Under the pieces are notes generated by a model. It was not told the origin of the DNA. It saw only the letters and a list, made by a program, of their open reading frames with translations, and searched no databases. A DNA stretch of 4,524 nt from a virus (Duplodnaviria > Heunggongvirae > Uroviricota > Caudoviricetes), in IMG/VR virus record IMGVR_UViG_2693429700_000009; one strand, 5' to 3'. Made by a program: the position numbers and the translations under genes. Shown piece by piece: positions 1 through 4,524 of this stretch (its first letter is position 1; each line of letters begins with the position of its first letter).

Positions 1-561
1 GAGATTGTGGCGCTGGTCCACAGCCACCCCGGTGGTCTGCCCTGGCTGAGTGAGGCCGACCGGCGGCTGCAGGTGCAGAGTGATTTGCCGTGGTGGCTGG
101 TCTGCCGGGGTGAGATTCATAAGTTCCGCTGTGTGCCGCATCTCACCGGGCGGCGCTTTGAGCACGGTGTGACGGACTGTTACACACTGTTCCGGGATGC
201 TTATCATCTGGCGGAGATTGAGATGCCGGATTTTGTGCGTGAGGATGACTGGTGGCGTAACGGTCAGAATCTCTATCTGGATAATCTGGAGGCCACAGGG
301 CTGTATCAGGTGCCGTTGTCAGCGGCGCAGCCGGGCGATGTGCTGCTGTGCTGTTTTGGTTCATCGGTGCCGAATCACGCCGCTATTTACTGTGGTGACG
401 GCGAGCTGCTGCACCATATTCCTGAACAACTGAGTAAACGGGAGAGGTATACCGACAAATGGCAGCGACGCACACACTCCCTCTGGCGTCACCGGGAATG
501 GCACGCATCTGCCTTTACGGGGATTTGCAACGATTTGGCCGCCGCATCGACCTTCGTGTGA
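1..561 (+). CDS. K: Tail tip assembly protein K (gpK-like; JAMM/MPN metallopeptidase motif plus NlpC/P60 cysteine peptidase domain); 5'-partial, true start lies upstream of the window
   Basis: Frame 1 is open from nt 1 to the TGA at 559-561. Translation begins EIVALVHSHPGGLPWLSEAD, which fits the JAMM motif HxHx7SxxD (His codons 19-21 and 25-27, Ser 49-51, Asp 58-60). Downstream are NlpC/P60-type candidate catalytic residues: Cys in HGVTDCYTLF (178-180), His in VPNHAAIY (376-378) and His-His in ELLHHIP (412-417). The sequence matches lambda gpK from memory. The ORF-track start at nt 7 (GTG) is a window-edge artefact. Confidence 0.9.
   Translation, partial: EIVALVHSHPGGLPWLSEADRRLQVQSDLPWWLVCRGEIHKFRCVPHLTGRRFEHGVTDCYTLFRDAYHLAEIEMPDFVREDDWWRNGQNLYLDNLEATGLYQVPLSAAQPGDVLLCCFGSSVPNHAAIYCGDGELLHHIPEQLSKRERYTDKWQRRTHSLWRHREWHASAFTGICNDLAAASTFV
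441..447 (+). promoter_or_regulatory. Shine-Dalgarno-like element for gene I, embedded in the K coding sequence
   Basis: GGAGAGG at 441-447, 11 nt upstream of the I ATG (459). The spacing is slightly long but acceptable, and translational coupling to K is plausible. Confidence 0.5.
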
Positions 562-1130
562 AAACGGGGGCTGAAGCCATCCGCGCACTGGCCACACAGC
601 TCCCGGCGTTTCGTCAGAAACTGAGCGACGGCTGGTATCAGGTACGGATTGCCGGGCGGGACGTCAGCGCGTCCGGGTTAACGGCGCAGTTACATGAGAC
701 TCTGCCTGATGGCGCTGTGATTCATATTGTTCCCAGAGTCGCCGGGGCCAAGTCAGGTGGCGTATTCCAGATTGTCCTGGGGGCTGCCGCCATTGCCGGA
801 TCATTCTTTACCGCCGGAGCCACCCTTGCAGCATGGGGGGCAGCCATTGGGGCCGGTGGTATGACCGGCATCCTGTTTTCTCTCGGTGCCAGTATGGTGC
901 TCGGTGGTGTGGCGCAGATGCTGGCACCGAAAGCCAGAACTCCCCGTACACAGACAACGGATAACGGTAAGCAGAACACCTATTTCTCCTCACTGGATAA
1001 CATGGTTGCCCAGGGCAATGTTCTGCCTGTTCTGTACGGGGAAATGCGCGTGGGGTCTCGCGTGGTTTCTCAGGAGATCAGCACGGCAGACGAAGGGGAC
1101 GGTGGTCAGGTTGTGGTGATTGGTCGCTGA
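459..1130 (+). CDS. I: Tail tip assembly protein I (gpI-like; N-terminal ubiquitin-like/beta-grasp region, Gly-Gly junction, Gly/Ala-rich hydrophobic segment, conserved C-terminal region)
   Basis: ATG at 459 to TGA at 1128-1130, 223 codons. The protein begins MAATHTLPLASPGMARICLYGDLQRFGRRIDL and ends QVVVIGR, which is near-identical to lambda gpI as I recall it (also 223 aa). It overlaps the K 3' end by 103 nt in a different frame, as in lambda. An SD-like GGAGAGG lies at 441-447. Confidence 0.92.
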   Translation: MAATHTLPLASPGMARICLYGDLQRFGRRIDLRVKTGAEAIRALATQLPAFRQKLSDGWYQVRIAGRDVSASGLTAQLHETLPDGAVIHIVPRVAGAKSGGVFQIVLGAAAIAGSFFTAGATLAAWGAAIGAGGMTGILFSLGASMVLGGVAQMLAPKARTPRTQTTDNGKQNTYFSSLDNMVAQGNVLPVLYGEMRVGSRVVSQEISTADEGDGGQVVVIGR

Positions 1131-1148
1131 TGCAAAATGTTTTATGTG

Positions 1149-1169
1149 AAACCGCCTGCGGGCGGTTTT
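1149..1169 (+). terminator. Candidate stem-loop with 3' T-run in the I-J spacer (possible intrinsic terminator, attenuator or RNA stability element; function unproven)
   Basis: AAACCGCC (1149-1156), loop TGCG (1157-1160), GGCGGTTT (1161-1168) form a perfect 8-bp stem with a GC-rich core, followed by T at 1169. It starts 19 nt after the I stop and ends 22 nt before the J start. In a Q-antiterminated late operon it would be read through. Confidence 0.35.
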
Positions 1170-1178
1170 GTCGTTTAT

Positions 1179-1182
1179 GGAG
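1179..1182 (+). promoter_or_regulatory. Shine-Dalgarno element for gene J
   Basis: GGAG at 1179-1182 with an 8-nt spacer to the ATG at 1191. A second GAGGA at 1186-1190 abuts the start codon and is too close to act as the SD. Confidence 0.6.
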
Positions 1183-1190
1183 CGTGAGGA

Positions 1191-4100
1191 ATGGGTAAAG
1201 GCAGCAGTAAGGGGCATACCCCGCGCGAAGCGAAGGACAACCTGAAGTCCACGCAGCTGCTGAGTGTGATCGATGCCATCAGTGAAGGGCCGGTTGAAGG
1301 TCCGGTGGATGGATTAAAAAGCGTGCTGCTGAACAGTACGCCGGTGCTGGACAGTGAGGGGAATACCAACATCTCCGGCGTCACGGTGGTGTTCCGGGCA
1401 GGTGAGCAGGAGCAGACACCGCCGGAAGGTTTTGAATCCTCCGGCTCCGAGACGGTGCTGGGTACGGAAGTGAAATATGACACGCCGATCACCCGCACCA
1501 TCACGTCGGCAAACATCGACCGTCTGCGCTTTACCTTCGGTGTGCAGGCACTGGTGGAAACCACCTCAAAGGGGGACCGGAATCCGTCGGAAGTCCGCCT
1601 GCTGGTTCAGATACAGCGTAACGGTGGCTGGGTGACGGAAAAAGACATCACCATTAAGGGCAAAACCACCTCGCAGTATCTGGCCTCGGTGGTGGATAAC
1701 CTGCCGCCGCGCCCGTTTAATATCCGGATGCGCAGGATGACGCCGGACAGCACCACAGACCAGCTGCAGAACAAAACGCTCTGGTCGTCATACACCGAAA
1801 TCATCGATGTGAAACAGTGCTACCCGAACACGGCACTGGTCGGCGTACAGGTGGACTCGGAGCAGTTCGGCAGCCAGCAGGTGAGTCGTAATTATCATCT
1901 TCGCGGGCGCATTCTGCAGGTGCCGTCGAACTATAACCCGCAGACGCGACAATACAGCGGTATCTGGGACGGAACGTTAAAACCGGCATACAGCAACAAC
2001 ATGGCCTGGTGTCTGTGGGATATGCTGACCCACCCGCGCTACGGCATGGGGAAACGTCTTGGTGCGGCGGATGTGGACAAATGGGCGCTGTATGTCATCG
2101 GCCAGTACTGCGACCAGTCAGTGCCGGACGGCTCTGGCGGCACGGAGCCGCGCATCACCTGTAATGCGTACCTGACCACACAGCGCAAGGCGTGGGATGT
2201 GCTCAGTGATTTCTGCTCGGCGATGCGCTGTATGCCGGTATGGAACGGGCAGACGCTGACGTTCGTGCAGGACCGACCGTCGGATAAGGTGTGGACCTAT
2301 AACCGCAGTAATGTGGTGATGCCGGATGATGGCGCGCCGTTCCGCTACAGCTTCAGCGCCCTGAAGGACCGCCATAATGCCGTTGAGGTGAACTGGATTG
2401 ACCCGAATAACGGCTGGGAGACGGCGACAGAGCTTGTGGAGGACACGCAGGCCATTGCCCGTTACGGTCGTAACGTCACGAAGATGGATGCCTTTGGCTG
2501 TACCAGCCGGGGGCAGGCACACCGCGCCGGGCTGTGGCTGATTAAAACAGAACTGCTGGAAACGCAGACCGTGGACTTCAGCGTGGGTGCCGAAGGGCTT
2601 CGCCATGTGCCGGGCGATGTCATTGAAATCTGCGATGATGACTATGCCGGTATCCGCACCGGCGGGCGCGTGCTGGCGGTAAACAGCCAGACCCGGACGC
2701 TGACGCTCGACCGTGAAATCACGCTGCCAGCCTCCGGCACCACGCTGATAAGCCTGGTTGACGGGCAGGGGAGTCCGGTCAGCGTGGAGGTTCAGTCCGT
2801 CACCGACGGCGTGAAGGTGAAAGTGAGCCGTGTTCCTGACGGCGTTGCTGAATACAGCGTATGGGGGCTGAAGCTGCCGACGTTGCGCCAGCGCCTGTTC
2901 CGCTGCGTGAGTATCCGTGAGAACGACGACGGCACGTATGCCATCACCGCCGTGCAGCATGTACCGGAAAAAGAGGCCATCGTGGATAACGGGGCGCACT
3001 TTGACGGCGACCAGAGCGGCACGGTAAATGGTGTCACGCCGCCAGCGGTGCAGCACCTGACCGCCGAAGTCACCGCAGACAGCGGGGAATATCAGGTGCT
3101 GGCGCGCTGGGACACACCGAAGGTGGTGAAGGGGGTGAGCTTCCTGCTTCGCCTGACCGTGGCAGCGGATGACGGCAGTGAGCGGCTGGTCAGCACGGCC
3201 CGGACGGCGGAAACCACATACCGCTTCACACAACTGGCGCTGGGGAACTACAGGCTGACAGTCCGGGCGGTAAATGCGTGGGGACAGCAGGGCGATCCGG
3301 CATCGGTATCGTTCCGGATTGCCGCCCCGGCAGCGCCTGTCACTATTGAACTGATACCGGGGTATTTTCAGATAACGGCGGTCCCGAAACTGGCTGTATA
3401 TGACCCGACGGTACAGTTTGAGTTCTGGTTCTCGGAAAAGCGGATTACCGATATCAGGCAGGTTGAAACCACAGCCCGCTATCTTGGTACGGCGCTGTAC
3501 TGGATAGCCGCCAGTATCAATATCAAACCGGGCCATGATTATTACTTTTATATCCGCAGTGTGAACACCGTTGGTAAATCGGCATTCGTGGAGGCTGTCG
3601 GTCAGCCGAGTGATGATGCATCAGGCTATCTGGATTTTTTCAAAGGAGAGATAGGGAAAACCCATCTGGCTCAGGAGTTGTGGACGCAGATTGATAACGG
3701 TCAGCTTGCGCCTGACCTGGCTGAAATCAGGACGTCCATTACGGATGTCAGCAATGAAATCACGCAGACCGTCAATAAGAAACTGGAAGACCAGAGTGCG
3801 GCAATTCAGCAGATACAGAAGGTTCAGGTTGATACAAATAATAACCTGAACAGCATGTGGGCTGTGAAGCTGCAGCAGATGCAGGACGGACGCCTTTATA
3901 TCGCGGGTATTGGTGCCGGTATTGAGAACACCTCTGACGGCATGCAGAGTCAGGTGCTGCTGGCGGCGGACAGGATTGCGATGGTTAATCCTGCGAATGG
4001 CAACACAAAACCGATGTTTGTTGGTCAGGGCGATCAGATATTCATGAACGACGTGTTCCTGAAACGCCTGACGGCCCCCACCATTACCAGCGGTGGAAAT

Positions 4101-4524
4101 CCACCGGCATTTTCCCTGACACCGGACGGAAAGCTGACCGCTAAAAATGCGGATATCAGTGGCAGTGTGAATGCGAACGCCGGGACGCTCAACAATGTCA
4201 CGATTAACGAGAACTGTCGGGTTCTGGGAAAACTGTCCGCGAACCAGATTGAAGGCGATCTCGTTAAAACAGTGGGCAAAGCTTTCCCCCGGGACTCCCG
4301 TGCACCGGAACGGTGGCCATCAGGGACCATTACCGTCAGGGTTTATGACGATCAGCCGTTTGACCGGCAGATTGTTATTCCGGCGGTGGCATTCAGCGGC
4401 GCTAAACATGAGAGAGAGCATACTGATATTTACTCCTCATGCCGTCTGATAGTGCGGAAAAACGGTGCTGAAATTTATAACCGTACCGCGCTGGATAATA
4501 CGCTGATTTACAGTGGCGTTATTG
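1191..4524 (+). CDS. J: Tail tip host-specificity protein J (gpJ-like central tail fibre); 3'-partial, runs off the window end after about 1111 codons
   Basis: ATG at 1191 is preceded by GGAG at 1179-1182 with an 8-nt spacer. I translated the frame codon by codon to nt 4523 and found no stop. The N-terminus [34 protein letters not shown] and long internal stretches (for example [45 protein letters not shown] and [46 protein letters not shown]) match lambda gpJ from memory. Lambda J is about 1132 aa, so only a short C-terminal piece is missing. The ORF is absent from the supplied track, presumably because it has no in-window stop. Confidence 0.95.
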   Translation, partial: MGKGSSKGHTPREAKDNLKSTQLLSVIDAISEGPVEGPVDGLKSVLLNSTPVLDSEGNTNISGVTVVFRAGEQEQTPPEGFESSGSETVLGTEVKYDTPITRTITSANIDRLRFTFGVQALVETTSKGDRNPSEVRLLVQIQRNGGWVTEKDITIKGKTTSQYLASVVDNLPPRPFNIRMRRMTPDSTTDQLQNKTLWSSYTEIIDVKQCYPNTALVGVQVDSEQFGSQQVSRNYHLRGRILQVPSNYNPQTRQYSGIWDGTLKPAYSNNMAWCLWDMLTHPRYGMGKRLGAADVDKWALYVIGQYCDQSVPDGSGGTEPRITCNAYLTTQRKAWDVLSDFCSAMRCMPVWNGQTLTFVQDRPSDKVWTYNRSNVVMPDDGAPFRYSFSALKDRHNAVEVNWIDPNNGWETATELVEDTQAIARYGRNVTKMDAFGCTSRGQAHRAGLWLIKTELLETQTVDFSVGAEGLRHVPGDVIEICDDDYAGIRTGGRVLAVNSQTRTLTLDREITLPASGTTLISLVDGQGSPVSVEVQSVTDGVKVKVSRVPDGVAEYSVWGLKLPTLRQRLFRCVSIRENDDGTYAITAVQHVPEKEAIVDNGAHFDGDQSGTVNGVTPPAVQHLTAEVTADSGEYQVLARWDTPKVVKGVSFLLRLTVAADDGSERLVSTARTAETTYRFTQLALGNYRLTVRAVNAWGQQGDPASVSFRIAAPAAPVTIELIPGYFQITAVPKLAVYDPTVQFEFWFSEKRITDIRQVETTARYLGTALYWIAASINIKPGHDYYFYIRSVNTVGKSAFVEAVGQPSDDASGYLDFFKGEIGKTHLAQELWTQIDNGQLAPDLAEIRTSITDVSNEITQTVNKKLEDQSAAIQQIQKVQVDTNNNLNSMWAVKLQQMQDGRLYIAGIGAGIENTSDGMQSQVLLAADRIAMVNPANGNTKPMFVGQGDQIFMNDVFLKRLTAPTITSGGNPPAFSLTPDGKLTAKNADISGSVNANAGTLNNVTINENCRVLGKLSANQIEGDLVKTVGKAFPRDSRAPERWPSGTITVRVYDDQPFDRQIVIPAVAFSGAKHEREHTDIYSSCRLIVRKNGAEIYNRTALDNTLIYSGVI

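Noticed and set aside
88-103. Chi-like sequence CCGTGGTGGCTGGTC
   Set aside because: It does not contain the octamer GCTGGTGG or its complement CCACCAGC. I found no exact Chi site by eye in the window, though my scan was not exhaustive.
7-561. ORF-track start of K at nt 7 (GTG read as Met)
   Set aside because: The frame is open from nt 1 and the JAMM motif begins at codon 7, so the real start must be upstream of the window. The GTG at position 7 is an artefact of the window edge.
143-597. Small ORFs overlapping K on both strands (143-364 minus, 197-433 plus, 361-597 minus)
   Set aside because: All are alternative-frame or antisense readings of the K/I coding region with low-complexity, Arg/Cys/Pro-rich products. 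K and I explain the region fully.
1186-1190. GAGGA directly abutting the J start codon as the Shine-Dalgarno
   Set aside because: A spacer of 0-1 nt is too short for initiation. The upstream GGAG at 1179-1182 (8-nt spacer) is the better candidate.
722-1564. Small ORFs overlapping I and the 5' end of J (722-979 minus, 808-993 minus, 886-1119 plus, 990-1217 minus, 1175-1564 minus)
   Set aside because: Same reasoning: these are shadow ORFs of strongly supported coding sequences, with no independent signals.
1607-1989. Two short minus-strand ORFs inside J (1607-1804 and 1801-1989)
   Set aside because: Short antisense shadow ORFs of J with no start context. Not supported.
2118-3536. 472-aa ORF on the minus strand, entirely inside J
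   Set aside because: It lies exactly codon-for-codon antisense to the J frame. Stops there arise only from sense TTA/CTA/TCA codons, which are rare in this GC-rich gene, so long antisense ORFs are expected by chance. The predicted protein is Arg/Pro/Ala-rich with low-complexity runs, has no start context or SD, and the sense strand encodes a well-recognised protein.
3691-3696. TTGATA hexamers in the AT-richer part of J (3691-3696 and about 3829-3834) as possible internal promoters
   Set aside because: No acceptable -10 hexamer at 16-18 nt spacing downstream of either. Isolated near-consensus -35 hexamers are expected by chance in a stretch of about 45% GC.
4034-4449. ORFs 4034-4330 (minus) and 4171-4449 (plus, 92 aa) in the distal part of J
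   Set aside because: Out-of-frame or antisense to the uninterrupted J frame, with no SD and no recognisable protein features.
1-4524. Possibility of a hidden defence system, mobile element, CRISPR array or RNA gene
   Set aside because: About 99% of the window is taken up by three tail genes in a conserved order with one 60-nt spacer. I saw no direct-repeat arrays, inverted terminal repeats, tRNA-like structures or extra ORFs with translation signals. Any novel cargo would have to lie outside this window, most plausibly downstream of J.

Overview
The window is a contiguous piece of a lambda-like (lambdoid) siphovirus tail-tip operon, all on the + strand: the 3' portion of tail assembly gene K (1-561, start upstream of the window), tail assembly gene I (459-1130, overlapping K out of frame), a 60-nt spacer with a hairpin, and almost all of the host-specificity/central tail fibre gene J (1191-4524, running off the 3' edge). 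I translated the J frame codon by codon from 1191 to the window end and found no stop. The translated K, I and N-terminal/central J proteins match my recollection of phage lambda gpK, gpI and gpJ closely; the distal part of J appears divergent from lambda itself, suggesting a lambdoid phage or enterobacterial prophage with an exchanged distal module. Coding density is about 99%, so there is no room for an additional gene cassette, and I see no tRNA, CRISPR array, IS element or credible novel system. The most interesting biology is the known but little-tested K/I pairing (JAMM + NlpC/P60 peptidase next to a ubiquitin-like protein with a Gly-Gly junction) and the lower-GC, probably mosaic distal part of J. 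All homology statements are from memory and hand translation; no database search was run.
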